From IMG/VR virus record IMGVR_UViG_3300005613_000044, positions 9,057-73,056 of that record: 64,000 bases of DNA; one strand, given 5' to 3'. Both the position numbers and the translations under genes were made by a program. The notes under the pieces are model-generated. The model saw only the letters and a list, made by a program, of their open reading frames with translations, was not told the DNA's origin and did not search any database. Position 1 is the first letter of the stretch; every line of letters starts with the position of its first letter. The DNA is from a virus. Shown piece by piece: positions 28,432 through 38,214 of this stretch.

Positions 28432-29800
28432 AATCGAGTTTCTTGTTCTTAAGAATCTTTTACACAATGAGGAATATCTTCGTAAAGTTATTCCCTTTTT
28501 GAAGAGTGAATATTTTCAGGATTATAATCAAAAGATTGTCTACGAAGAAATTTTTGATTTTGTATCTCAATACAATGAAGTTCCCACAAAAGAAATTTTA
28601 TCTATTGAGATTGAAAAGAGAAAGGATATTAATGAGACTTCATTCAAAGAACTTTGTCATCTTATTGATAATCTTGATGATCAACCAGTAGAATTTGAAT
28701 GGTTGGTCGATACAACTGAAAAATGGTGTAGAGATAGAGCAATCTATATTGCTCTTCTCGAATCAATTTCAATCGCTGATGGTAATGTAAAAGAAAAAAC
28801 TCCCGATTCTATTCCATCTATTCTTTCAGATGCTCTCGCTGTTGGTTTTGATAATCATGTTGGTCATGATTATCTTGAAGACTATGAAAATCGATTCCGA
28901 GTATATACTACCAAAGAAGAGAGAGTTGAATTTGATCTAGACTACTTTAATAAGATCACAAAAGGTGGACTTCCAAAAAAGACATTGAATATTGCACTTG
29001 CTGGAACTGGTGTAGGTAAATCTCTTTTCATGTGTCATGTTGCATCATCTGTATTGATGCAAGGAAAAAATGTTCTCTACATTACTATGGAAATGGCAGA
29101 GGAAAAGATTGCTGAACGTATTGACGCTAATCTCTTGAATGTAAATATTCAAGAGATATCAGAACTTCCCAAACAAGTTTTTGAGACTAAGGTTAATAAC
29201 TTAGCTAAGAAAACTCAAGGAACTCTAATTATCAAAGAATATCCAACAGCATCTGCACACAGTGGACACTTTAAGTCACTTCTCAATGAACTTGCACTTA
29301 AGAAGTCATTTAGACCTGATATTATTTTCATTGATTACCTTAATATTTGTGCTTCCAGCAGGTATAGGGGAAACAGCACTGTCAATTCATATAGCTATAT
29401 TAAAGCTATTGCTGAAGAACTTAGAGGCCTGGCTGTCGAGTTTCAAGTTCCTATCGTATCTGCCACCCAGACCACTCGTTCTGGTTTTGGTAACTCTGAT
29501 GTTGACCTTACTGACACTAGTGAGTCCTTTGGTCTCCCTGCTACTGCTGATCTTATGTTTGCCCTTATTTCGACTGATGAGCTCGAGTCCTTGGGACAGA
29601 TACTTGTAAAACAATTGAAGAATCGTTATAATGACCCCACAACATATAAAAGATTTGTAATCGGTATTGATCGAGCAAAGATGAGATTATATGATTGTGA
29701 ACAGTCTGCTCAAGAAGATCTTCTTGACAATAAGAAGGAAGAGGAGTATTCTTATGAAGAGCAAAAACCTAAAAAATCATTTGAGGGATTTAAATTCTAA
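28424..29800 (+). CDS. gp41: replicative DnaB-like helicase
   Basis: AGTGVGKS, IFIDYLNI and SESFGLPATAD motifs. Confidence 0.96.
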   Translation: MDKIEFLVLKNLLHNEEYLRKVIPFLKSEYFQDYNQKIVYEEIFDFVSQYNEVPTKEILSIEIEKRKDINETSFKELCHLIDNLDDQPVEFEWLVDTTEKWCRDRAIYIALLESISIADGNVKEKTPDSIPSILSDALAVGFDNHVGHDYLEDYENRFRVYTTKEERVEFDLDYFNKITKGGLPKKTLNIALAGTGVGKSLFMCHVASSVLMQGKNVLYITMEMAEEKIAERIDANLLNVNIQEISELPKQVFETKVNNLAKKTQGTLIIKEYPTASAHSGHFKSLLNELALKKSFRPDIIFIDYLNICASSRYRGNSTVNSYSYIKAIAEELRGLAVEFQVPIVSATQTTRSGFGNSDVDLTDTSESFGLPATADLMFALISTDELESLGQILVKQLKNRYNDPTTYKRFVIGIDRAKMRLYDCEQSAQEDLLDNKKEEEYSYEEQKPKKSFEGFKF

Positions 29801-30207
29801 TGAGTAATGTTGACACACAAAAATACGTTGAGTTTGTCGATGCGGTCACGTCTCAACCATCGAAAAATCACGAAGCATTTATCTATCGTCTTCAAGAACT
29901 TGAAGGTCAAGGATTTCCTACCGAGCGACTGCTTACTGCTGCTGTAGGAATGTCCGCGGAAGCAGGTGAGTTTACTGAAATTATCAAAAAGATGATTTTC
30001 CAAGGCAAACCTGTAACTGAAGAAAATCTGTTTCATTTGAAGCGTGAGCTGGGTGACATCATGTGGTATGTTGCTCAGGCATGTATTGGACTGAATATTA
30101 GTCTTGATGAAGTACTCGTTATGAATGTAGAGAAACTCTCTGCTCGTTATCCTGAAGGAACATTTGACGTTTACTTCTCCGAAAATCGTAAGGAGGGAGA
30201 CCTGTGA
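29800..30207 (+). CDS. mazG: MazG-like nucleotide pyrophosphohydrolase
   Basis: EAGEFTE and ELGDIMWY motifs. Confidence 0.9.
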   Translation: MSNVDTQKYVEFVDAVTSQPSKNHEAFIYRLQELEGQGFPTERLLTAAVGMSAEAGEFTEIIKKMIFQGKPVTEENLFHLKRELGDIMWYVAQACIGLNISLDEVLVMNVEKLSARYPEGTFDVYFSENRKEGDL

Positions 30208-30392
30208 ATAAAGAACAAAAAGTAACACTAGAAATGTCTGTATATCAGGCAGCTGCAATTCGTGAATCATTATTTCAAGACACAAAGGGATATACATACG
30301 ATGTAACTTGTGTTCCGGAAAGAGTTGTTCAAATTCGTGAAGCAATTGTTAGTATCGATAATCAACTTGAAGAGATTTTTAAAGAGGACTAA
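30204..30392 (+). CDS. hypothetical protein
   Basis: Coupled ORF with an RBS. Confidence 0.6.
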   Translation: MNKEQKVTLEMSVYQAAAIRESLFQDTKGYTYDVTCVPERVVQIREAIVSIDNQLEEIFKED

Positions 30393-31096
30393 TGGCAGCA
30401 CTTGTTTGTAACTTACCTTCTGTTGAGGTCTGGGTAAGAAAAGAATATCTAACCGATCATCAAAGTGGCCACGGTGAGTTTGTAAAGGGTGTATGGGTTT
30501 CTGCAAAGTCTATTCCCGGAAGAGCATTTTATTTTGAAACATATCTTCCTGAGTATGGTGCAATGTATGATAAATTACCTATCAGTGCATTTTTGTCAGA
30601 CCCAGAAACACCTGATCCTGATATGAGTTTACATAATCTTCAGTTCTGGAACTGTATGGATTATGGTGTAGTCGCTGTTCAAAAACAGTTTATCGGATCT
30701 ATGGATTATGTGGTTTATACTAGAGATTATGGAACTGTTCGAGGAACTTATATCTGTACTCTAGATAATTATCATCAAGATCCTGATGTTATAGATTATG
30801 CGACATCAGAGAATCCTGCGGAACACAAGTCTCATAATCTAATTGAACTTGTGAACGGTCAGTATTGTCTGTATCCTAATAACAGAACTAGGATTTATGA
30901 TAATAGTTTGACACCATCAGAGCCTAAGACCCCAGACTTCAGAGTTTCAACCAAATACTATCAGGTTGAGAATGGGTATGATAGAATGGGACTTGGAGAT
31001 CAGGACTCTTATTTTTGGAAAACTTCTAAAGAAGTTGCTGAAGAAACAATTAAAGACCTTGAATCAAATGCACCTGATTATGGAGTAGGAAAATGA
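30392..31096 (+). CDS. conserved hypothetical protein
   Basis: 234 aa coupled ORF with GAGG RBS. Confidence 0.75.
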   Translation: MAALVCNLPSVEVWVRKEYLTDHQSGHGEFVKGVWVSAKSIPGRAFYFETYLPEYGAMYDKLPISAFLSDPETPDPDMSLHNLQFWNCMDYGVVAVQKQFIGSMDYVVYTRDYGTVRGTYICTLDNYHQDPDVIDYATSENPAEHKSHNLIELVNGQYCLYPNNRTRIYDNSLTPSEPKTPDFRVSTKYYQVENGYDRMGLGDQDSYFWKTSKEVAEETIKDLESNAPDYGVGK

Positions 31097-31317
31097 AATT
31101 TGAGATTACAGTAGAAGATTATCAAAAAGCAGGAGAGGAGTTTTGGCCTAAGTATTGGTATGTTGCCAAAGAACTAGGTGAAAATGCTAAAGCCGAAGAA
31201 ATTTTAAAAGTTATGGAATCTCTTGCTGGTGTTGCGATGAAACAAAAATCTGAAGATAAGATTGGTCCATTCGGATTTAATAAAAAAAATGATACGGTAG
31301 ATTCTGATGAGTGCTGA
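31093..31317 (+). CDS. hypothetical protein
   Basis: Coupled ORF. Confidence 0.65.
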   Translation: MKFEITVEDYQKAGEEFWPKYWYVAKELGENAKAEEILKVMESLAGVAMKQKSEDKIGPFGFNKKNDTVDSDEC

Positions 31318-31606
31318 GCCTGAAAATAAACGAAAGCCAAAACTATCTGATTCTTTTGGTGGTACAGTAGAAAAAAATATTCCTGATGATGTTGAGTGGA
31401 TTGATGATATTTTCTATATCAAGAAGACAAGATTTGGTCTTTATACATCCATTTTGAAAGAACCTCTTGGTCAACATTTTATTACTGGTCCAACATATGA
31501 ATCAGTATTAAATGTTTCTCGTTGGCATCTCAAGTGTTTGGAGGAGGGTACACTTCATCTATACACTAGAGTTGTAAATTCTGGTGTTGTTGGTGGCAAG
31601 TTGTAA
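31307..31606 (+). CDS. hypothetical protein
   Basis: Overlapping ORF in the same operon. Confidence 0.65.
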   Translation: MSAEPENKRKPKLSDSFGGTVEKNIPDDVEWIDDIFYIKKTRFGLYTSILKEPLGQHFITGPTYESVLNVSRWHLKCLEEGTLHLYTRVVNSGVVGGKL

Positions 31607-31640
31607 TATATGATTTGAATGACTGGGAGAGAAGAGATTA

Positions 31641-31648
31641 TATAAATA
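31641..31648 (+). promoter_or_regulatory. T4-type late promoter
   Basis: TATAAATA. Confidence 0.7.
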
Positions 31649-31674
31649 AGAAAAGGTAATCGTGTAGTAAGAAA

Positions 31675-32943
31675 ATGTCTGCAGATCTTCGTAGTATTCT
31701 TGAAGCCTATAGTGCTGTCTATGACAACGATGTAAAAGAAACTCTGAATTCATTTCATGATGAAATTACAGACATGGATCTCTCACTGATTAGTGAAAGA
31801 GAATTATCTGATATTGCAGAGGAAGCACTTCAGGAACTTTTTGAAGAAGGATATTCATTGTTTGAATCGGAGATCATTCTTGAGGATGTAATTGTTGAAG
31901 CTAATTCTTATATGACCGCTATGATGAAAGGTCAGAATAAGTATAGAAAACAACAGAAGAGACAAGAAAAGATTGATAGGGTTAAGGGTGCTATCAAGGG
32001 TGCCCTTGATATGGCAAAGATGAAAGCATCTACTGGAGCTGTTAAGACATACGGAGCTTACAGAAAGGCTAAACAAGCAGCTGATGATAAAGCTAGAAGA
32101 ACATCTCAAACAGCTAAGAATTTTTCAGCACAAACTTCTAAAAAGGCTTCTGAGGCTAAGGCTCAAGTTAAGTCTGGACTGAAAGGAATGATTCGTAAGG
32201 CATCTGAGAGAGTTGCTTCTGGAGCTTCTAAAGTTGCTAAGAGAATGACTGAAGGTAAAGATTCTTCATATCTTGAGACTAATATGAAGAAGAGACAGAA
32301 GAATAATGAAAAGGCTCGTAAGGATATGGAGAAGATGGGGACTCCAATGAAGAATCCTCATTTCGAAGAAGTGTCCAAGATTAGAAAGGATTGGGGAGAT
32401 GCTTACAGATCTATCTACGAAAAGAAACTTGATCCCGTAGGTAAGGAAGATGGTGATATAGATAATGACGGTGACATCGATAAGACTGATAAGTATCTCC
32501 ACAAACGTCGTAAGGCCATTGGTAAGGCAATGGGCAAGAAAGACGAAGATGATCAAAATGGTGATATTGAAGAAGGTGTAGGTATGCACCGTGACGCTAA
32601 GACCGGTGAGGTAGTGAATAAGGCAGAAGTGGGTAAGACCTACTATCCAAATATGCCCAGAAAGAAGTCTTCCGTAGCCCTTCGTAAGGAGAAGGAATCA
32701 TTGAAGAAAGAGGGTTACACACCCATGACTCCTGAGAGAACTGCTCGTGTAGAGAAGGCAAAGAAAAAGGCATATGATGATGATCAACGAGCTCAATATA
32801 AGGGTGATGCCAAAGAGTCAGATAAACAGTTCAAGCGTCGTATGGCAATGGATTCCAAAACCAAAATGAAGAAGGAAGAGGTTCAGTTCTCTGATGCTGA
32901 ACTGGAAGCCATTCAGGCAAAGGTTGACTCTTGGGAAGATTGA
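31675..32943 (+). CDS. modular Lys-rich late protein, probable capsid-internal protein
   Basis: Late promoter; basic segments separated by hydrophobic-x-E motifs; DGDIDNDGD loop. Confidence 0.6.
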   Translation: MSADLRSILEAYSAVYDNDVKETLNSFHDEITDMDLSLISERELSDIAEEALQELFEEGYSLFESEIILEDVIVEANSYMTAMMKGQNKYRKQQKRQEKIDRVKGAIKGALDMAKMKASTGAVKTYGAYRKAKQAADDKARRTSQTAKNFSAQTSKKASEAKAQVKSGLKGMIRKASERVASGASKVAKRMTEGKDSSYLETNMKKRQKNNEKARKDMEKMGTPMKNPHFEEVSKIRKDWGDAYRSIYEKKLDPVGKEDGDIDNDGDIDKTDKYLHKRRKAIGKAMGKKDEDDQNGDIEEGVGMHRDAKTGEVVNKAEVGKTYYPNMPRKKSSVALRKEKESLKKEGYTPMTPERTARVEKAKKKAYDDDQRAQYKGDAKESDKQFKRRMAMDSKTKMKKEEVQFSDAELEAIQAKVDSWED

Positions 32944-32972
32944 TAATTGATTTCTTGAATGAAATATAAAAA

Positions 32973-34334
32973 ATGAGTATACTCTCTCCCGAAGCAAAGA
33001 ACGCCATGACGGCAGTAATTTCTGCCATGGGAGGTGAAGATTATAATTACTACTCTGATTTTAGTACCACTGTTGCTAGTTCTGGTAAATCTCGTATCAT
33101 TGCTACATTTAGAGTAGTAGTTCCTCAAGTTCAGAGACAAAGAGCTACATCTAATCTCCAGAAAAATATTAGTAACAACTATGTTGTTAATGTTAATAAT
33201 AATCAAATTGATGTTCTGATTACTGGAACTAATAAGAAAATTAGAATTAATGTAAAACCACCAGTGGGTGGTACATATTCAGCAGCTAAAAAAACAGCTA
33301 TTGCTGAATCTGGTCAAGCAGTTTATGCTCAGTATGTTGTTGATAATCCAGGAGTTACTGTTGATAGTGTCATAGATTCATCAAAATTGAAAAAGGCATA
33401 TGACAAGTGTGTTACTACAGGTGCCTCTTTTGAGGAAATTGAGTCGATGGATCCTGATTGGAAGAAGTCATCAATTATGGGAGCACTTAAACTCAAAACA
33501 AAATATGGTCGGGGGTATAAGTATCTTCGAGGTGGAGATATGGTTGAAAAAGTTAGTAAAGCTTTTTCAAAAGTGAAAAAATCTCAGGGTTGGTATGGTG
33601 ATCTGAATAAGTGGTCACCAGCTGACATCTACATTGCTAAGAGTGGATTCACTACTCAACAATTACAAAATGAACTGGATGGTATCACAACATGGGAAAC
33701 TCTAAATGCTAGAATGTTTGAATTATTGACAGAAAATAAATTTATTGGAGTTTCCCTCAAAAAGATGGAGAGGTCAGCAAACCTCACAGATGTGAATTTT
33801 CCTACTGATAAATCGACAGTTGATTTCAAATATGAAAAGATGGAGTCACCCATGAATTCAACTAGTGGTTATCTTATTATGAAGAAAGGTAGTCAATCAA
33901 TTAAAGTTAACTTCAGAACTTTTACTAGTTCTGGTGGTTTCTCTGGTGAAGTTCTTGGTGGTTCGGCTAGACATGGAAAGATCGGTCATGGGGCAGTGAT
34001 TAATATTTTGAAATCTCATGGTCTCCCAGAACTTCCAGATAATCAAACTTCTAGGAGGATTGCTGTTCAGGGAGATGAAAAGATGGCTGAGTGGGTAGGT
34101 AAAACATCTAAGGATCTTGGACTTGTTAATTCAAATCAAGAAACAGAAGCTGAGACGAAATGGTTACAAGGAGATACGAATTATAGACAATCGAAGTATC
34201 TTACAATAAAATTGTTTGAGATCATCAATGATATCAATGATATGAAAAAGAAAAATATGTTGATGGAGGACATGTACAGGTACGCTTCTTCCACTACTAA
34301 AGGAGTATCGGGGCCATATATCAAACTCTCTTGA
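32973..34334 (+). CDS. putative PD-(D/E)XK-type endonuclease
   Basis: AES, KWSPADIY and IGVSLKK pattern. Confidence 0.5.
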   Translation: MSILSPEAKNAMTAVISAMGGEDYNYYSDFSTTVASSGKSRIIATFRVVVPQVQRQRATSNLQKNISNNYVVNVNNNQIDVLITGTNKKIRINVKPPVGGTYSAAKKTAIAESGQAVYAQYVVDNPGVTVDSVIDSSKLKKAYDKCVTTGASFEEIESMDPDWKKSSIMGALKLKTKYGRGYKYLRGGDMVEKVSKAFSKVKKSQGWYGDLNKWSPADIYIAKSGFTTQQLQNELDGITTWETLNARMFELLTENKFIGVSLKKMERSANLTDVNFPTDKSTVDFKYEKMESPMNSTSGYLIMKKGSQSIKVNFRTFTSSGGFSGEVLGGSARHGKIGHGAVINILKSHGLPELPDNQTSRRIAVQGDEKMAEWVGKTSKDLGLVNSNQETEAETKWLQGDTNYRQSKYLTIKLFEIINDINDMKKKNMLMEDMYRYASSTTKGVSGPYIKLS

Positions 34335-34385
34335 TTCTATCTAGATACATTTGTCTAATAAATATTATTATAAGATAATAGAGTA

Positions 34386-35675
34386 ATGAAAAATTTCTTC
34401 AACTTTTTAAGTGAAGCACGTAAAACCAAAGCGTCTGAAAAAGCAAGACAACTTGGTTTAACTGGTGATGGAAAAGGCAACTGGGTCAATAAACTCGGAA
34501 ATGTTGTAGCCAGAACTGAAGGTGGAGAATTAGTATTTACTCAAAGAAAATCAAAGAAAGCTGAAAGAGAATCCTCAAAGGGAAGTAAGTATAAGACACC
34601 AGATCAAGAAACTCGGAAAAAATCATCTGAACCAGAAGATGTAAGAAGGGGAAGAGAAATTGGTGATGAGGAAGAACAACAACAAGAAAAGACTGGTGAT
34701 ACTTTGACATTGGTATTTGGTAGATTTAATCCACCTACAGTAGGACACAAAAAACTTTTAGATAACGCAAGACAAGTTGCATCTGATGGTGATCTGAGAA
34801 TTTATCCTTCAAGGTCATTCGATCCAAAGAAGAACCCACTGGATCCTGATCAGAAGACGAAGTTAATGAGAAAAATGTTCCCCGATCATTCTGATAACAT
34901 AATTAATGATTCTGGTGTTAGGACTATTTTTGATGCTTTAAAGATCGCTAGTAACGATGGATATTCAAATATCAAGATTGTAGTAGGATCTGATCGTGTC
35001 TCGGAATTTGATAGTCTGGCACAAAAATATAATGGTGAACTCTATAACTTCGATGAGATTGAAACAATTTCTGCAGGTCAGAGAGATGATGAAGCATCTG
35101 ATGTTACTGGTATGTCCGCATCTAAGTTAAGAAAGGCTGCGGCTGAGAATGACTTTGAAAGTTTCAGAAAGGGTATTCCTGATAATATTGATGATAAGAC
35201 TGCTAAAACCATTATGAATACTGTTCGTAAGGGTATGCAGATTGCAACAGAATCTTGGAGTTTGTGGGAGATTGCTCCTAAATTTGATTGGAAGAACTTA
35301 AGAGAAAACTATGTAACTGGTAAAATCTTTAAGATGGATCAGTTGGTTGAAAATCTGAATACTGGATTAGTTGGTAAAGTTATTCGTAGAGGAACCAATT
35401 ACTTGATTTGTGTGACCGAAGAGGGTATGATGTTTAAGTCCTGGATTCGTGATCTTCGTGAGTACACTGAGGTGAAAATGAGTAAGATCATGAGAACTCC
35501 TAATAAACCAAATACTTTGTCTGGAACTAATGGATACTTTAAGTATGCATCTAAGATGACACCTGGATTTGAGAAAGGAGATAAGACTAATCTTCAAGAT
35601 GGTGGAAAACCATATAAAGGGCCTAAGACAAATTTTAGGGAATTTATAAATAAGTATAAGAATAGAAGTATCTGA
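34386..35675 (+). CDS. cytidylyltransferase-like (HxGH-family) nucleotidyltransferase
   Basis: FGRFNPPTVGH, VVGSDR and MSASKLR motifs. Confidence 0.85.
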   Translation: MKNFFNFLSEARKTKASEKARQLGLTGDGKGNWVNKLGNVVARTEGGELVFTQRKSKKAERESSKGSKYKTPDQETRKKSSEPEDVRRGREIGDEEEQQQEKTGDTLTLVFGRFNPPTVGHKKLLDNARQVASDGDLRIYPSRSFDPKKNPLDPDQKTKLMRKMFPDHSDNIINDSGVRTIFDALKIASNDGYSNIKIVVGSDRVSEFDSLAQKYNGELYNFDEIETISAGQRDDEASDVTGMSASKLRKAAAENDFESFRKGIPDNIDDKTAKTIMNTVRKGMQIATESWSLWEIAPKFDWKNLRENYVTGKIFKMDQLVENLNTGLVGKVIRRGTNYLICVTEEGMMFKSWIRDLREYTEVKMSKIMRTPNKPNTLSGTNGYFKYASKMTPGFEKGDKTNLQDGGKPYKGPKTNFREFINKYKNRSI

Positions 35676-35684
35676 TTTACTGCA

Positions 35685-36569
35685 ATGAAAAGAAATTCAT
35701 ATTCAAACTGGAGAGAAGATCTTCGTGAAGTTATGGATACCATTAATCCAGATACTAACGATTCTGAAAGAGGTGTTAAGGATAAGAAAGTAAAAAACAA
35801 AGTTGTCATCAACCCTGAACTCAAGGAAGCTTTTGAAGAAATTGGTGCAACTGTCCTTGAGGTTTTTGAACTTGATGAAAAGATTGATCTTAAAAAAGCT
35901 GATATGGGTGACGTTGTAAAAGACTTTTATAAGTCAGATGCCCCTCAGTTCAAAGGTAAGACCAAGAAGGAACGTCAGAAAATGGCTATCGCCGCCAAGT
36001 TAACTGCAGAACGTGGTGGTAGAAAACTTGGTGAGGAAGTTGAGAATGTTGATGAAGCAGTCTATGGTGACACTCCATCAAAGAAAAAAGATACCCGTCT
36101 GACTGTCACTGATGCTGATAAGAAAGGAAACACTCTTGCATATCAGAGATACAAATCGGGTGATAAAAGATACAAAGCTGCTGGTCACATGGATGAAGAG
36201 GCATCAATGTCTCAACAAGAACTCATGCTTCAGAAAAAGAAAGCAAGAATTGATAAAATGATTGCTATGAGAAGGGAACAAGAATTGAAAAAGTCAAAGA
36301 GTGGTGGTCAATCTCAACCTGCAAAGGCAATGGGTGAAGAGTTTTTTGGAGAGGAAGAATCTGATCGTTTGAAAGACCGTCATCTAGAACGTGGTGGTAT
36401 GGGTGCTCGAACCGATTACACTAAACCACCTAAGGGCATAAAGACTGGCCCTATGACTGATGCTGAAAAGGAAAAATCTAGAAAGGCATCTCAGTCTGCA
36501 ATGGATTTTGTTAAATCACAGTTGAGATCAAAATATGGATCAAAGTCAATTATCGATACAAAAAAATAA
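35685..36569 (+). CDS. modular late protein, probable capsid-internal protein
   Basis: TATAAATA at 35645..35652; basic modules separated by EE motifs. Confidence 0.6.
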   Translation: MKRNSYSNWREDLREVMDTINPDTNDSERGVKDKKVKNKVVINPELKEAFEEIGATVLEVFELDEKIDLKKADMGDVVKDFYKSDAPQFKGKTKKERQKMAIAAKLTAERGGRKLGEEVENVDEAVYGDTPSKKKDTRLTVTDADKKGNTLAYQRYKSGDKRYKAAGHMDEEASMSQQELMLQKKKARIDKMIAMRREQELKKSKSGGQSQPAKAMGEEFFGEEESDRLKDRHLERGGMGARTDYTKPPKGIKTGPMTDAEKEKSRKASQSAMDFVKSQLRSKYGSKSIIDTKK

Positions 36570-36675
36570 TAAGGAATTTTACGAAAAATTAGAGGCACCT
36601 TTATTTGTTTGTTGTCCTGGTCATTTCACTCAAGGCTATGGTTGGCTTGGAAGGCATGATTGTAGAAAAAAATGA
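36535..36675 (+). CDS. small hypothetical protein (46 aa)
   Basis: Read manually: MDQSQ...PLFVCCPGHFTQGYGWLGRHDCRKK; fills an otherwise empty gap. Confidence 0.4.
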   Translation: MDQSQLSIQKNNKEFYEKLEAPLFVCCPGHFTQGYGWLGRHDCRKK

Positions 36676-36709
36676 TATATAGATTAGATACCTTTATTGG
36701 GAACTAATC

Positions 36710-36913
36710 ATGTTATCATTCTTACTTCCATTTGCTTACAAAATTGTAGATTCTACAGTTTCTAAAATTCCTGAAAACGAGGAACTTGGTGAAAAATTGA
36801 TTGAAATCTGTCTCGTCATTCTTGGTAAAGCTGTTAAATTGACCAAGACTGATATGGATGATCAGCTACTTGAAGCTGTATCTAAGGCTATTAGAGCTAG
36901 AGAAGAGGGTTGA
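36710..36913 (+). CDS. hypothetical protein
   Basis: 67 aa ORF followed by a terminator. Confidence 0.65.
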   Translation: MLSFLLPFAYKIVDSTVSKIPENEELGEKLIEICLVILGKAVKLTKTDMDDQLLEAVSKAIRAREEG

Positions 36914-36919
36914 TTTTTC

Positions 36920-36952
36920 AATAGGAGGTCTTTATTAAGTCCTCCTATTTTT
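36920..36952 (+). terminator. rho-independent terminator, abutting late promoter TATAAATA (36952..36959)
   Basis: AATAGGAGG / CCTCCTATT hairpin with a T tract. Confidence 0.7.
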
Positions 36953-36992
36953 ATAAATATTAGTATCATGGAAATTTATCTAAGGCAAAGAC

Positions 36993-37526
36993 ATGGCACT
37001 CTGGGGTAATAATGACGCTGTAGGGTCTACAGGAACAGTATCTCTCAACTATTCTACAGGCGTTGTAACAGGAAGTGGAACAACTTTCGGTCAAGTTGGT
37101 GCTGCAGCAACCGGCGACGTAATGAGATTTGGTATTCGTGGTTCTGGTGGAACTTATTTTGGTGATGCTGTTATTGTTGGTATTGCAAGTACCACCCAGT
37201 TAACTATTGGATCTACTGCTGGTCTGAGTGGGGCATCTATTGCATCTACCGACTTCACAGTATCTCAACTTCCAAAATCTACTATTCTTGATAGTTCTTT
37301 CAGTCAGACAATAACTTCTCATGATAGATATGTTTTTGGTGTAGCTGAAGGTGGAGCCGATTCGGCATCTGGAACGGCATATGAGACTGGTGTAGGTTGG
37401 GTCGGAGTTACTACTTACATTGACAATTCTGGTTCTTTAAGAGTTAAGAAAGAGATTCTAGTGGCTATGTCTGGTATTACTACTGGTAATACTCCTCTTT
37501 ATAACGGTGATCCAGATCTTTCCTGA
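36993..37526 (+). CDS. putative virion structural protein
   Basis: MALWG start, Gly/Thr/Ser-rich, GWV...RVKKEILVAMS; late promoter. Confidence 0.65.
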   Translation: MALWGNNDAVGSTGTVSLNYSTGVVTGSGTTFGQVGAAATGDVMRFGIRGSGGTYFGDAVIVGIASTTQLTIGSTAGLSGASIASTDFTVSQLPKSTILDSSFSQTITSHDRYVFGVAEGGADSASGTAYETGVGWVGVTTYIDNSGSLRVKKEILVAMSGITTGNTPLYNGDPDLS

Positions 37527-37529
37527 TAA

Positions 37530-37916
37530 ATGATTTTTACTGAGTTGAACGAGGATAATTTTCTATTATTCGCTATTAAAAACTATGAAAATCCTCAATC
37601 GGTAACGAGAGAGGATTTTGAAAAAGATCTAAATCATTTTAGATATATCAAAAGACTTCTTAAGAGATATAAGAGTGGTGGTGAATTAAAAATTCACTTA
37701 TTGATAAATCATTTTATCATTCTTTATAATATTTTTGATGACGCTGCCACTCCTATGTTATTTTTTAAGATTGATAGATCTCTTTGGTCTACGGTAAAAA
37801 CATTCATTGTTTTTCTCAATAGACTACCTGAATATCCAAGATGTTATATTCACGAAATCGAAGATGATCAATTTTGTTTAAGAGAATTGCAGAGGATTAC
37901 CGATGGAGAAGACTAA
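37530..37916 (+). CDS. conserved hypothetical protein
   Basis: FAIKNYENP and YIKRLLKRY motifs; typically found upstream of gp61 in T4-like phages. Confidence 0.7.
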   Translation: MIFTELNEDNFLLFAIKNYENPQSVTREDFEKDLNHFRYIKRLLKRYKSGGELKIHLLINHFIILYNIFDDAATPMLFFKIDRSLWSTVKTFIVFLNRLPEYPRCYIHEIEDDQFCLRELQRITDGED

Positions 37917-38214
37917 GATTGATAGGATTATCGATGCATTTCGTTCCGCAATGTATAGTGAATTCAGTGTCTCTGAGGAAGGAATGGTAGCAAATCCTCC
38001 TGGAGGATCTGGTGGATTTAGTGGTTCCTCTGATTCCGCTGGCCCTACTGCTGGTTATGATTCGGTTATAAAATTTGATGGTAGAAATAAGTATGTTAAA
38101 AAATACATAAATGACCTTTTAAAGAGAAGAGAAAAGAGATCTCAGAAAAAGGCAATGAAGACGGCATTAAATTTTAATCCTTACTTCAAACCCCACAATG
38201 GAAAATCAAGTTAA
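37903..38214 (+). CDS. hypothetical protein
   Basis: Overlapping ORF with a Gly-rich middle. Confidence 0.6.
   Translation: MEKTKIDRIIDAFRSAMYSEFSVSEEGMVANPPGGSGGFSGSSDSAGPTAGYDSVIKFDGRNKYVKKYINDLLKRREKRSQKKAMKTALNFNPYFKPHNGKSS

Noticed and set aside
29797-30345. Long antisense and alternate-frame ORFs (also 17932..18441, 21348..21890, 15479..15910, 63732..63938)
   Set aside because: They are shadows of well-supported + strand genes, with no recognisable motifs.
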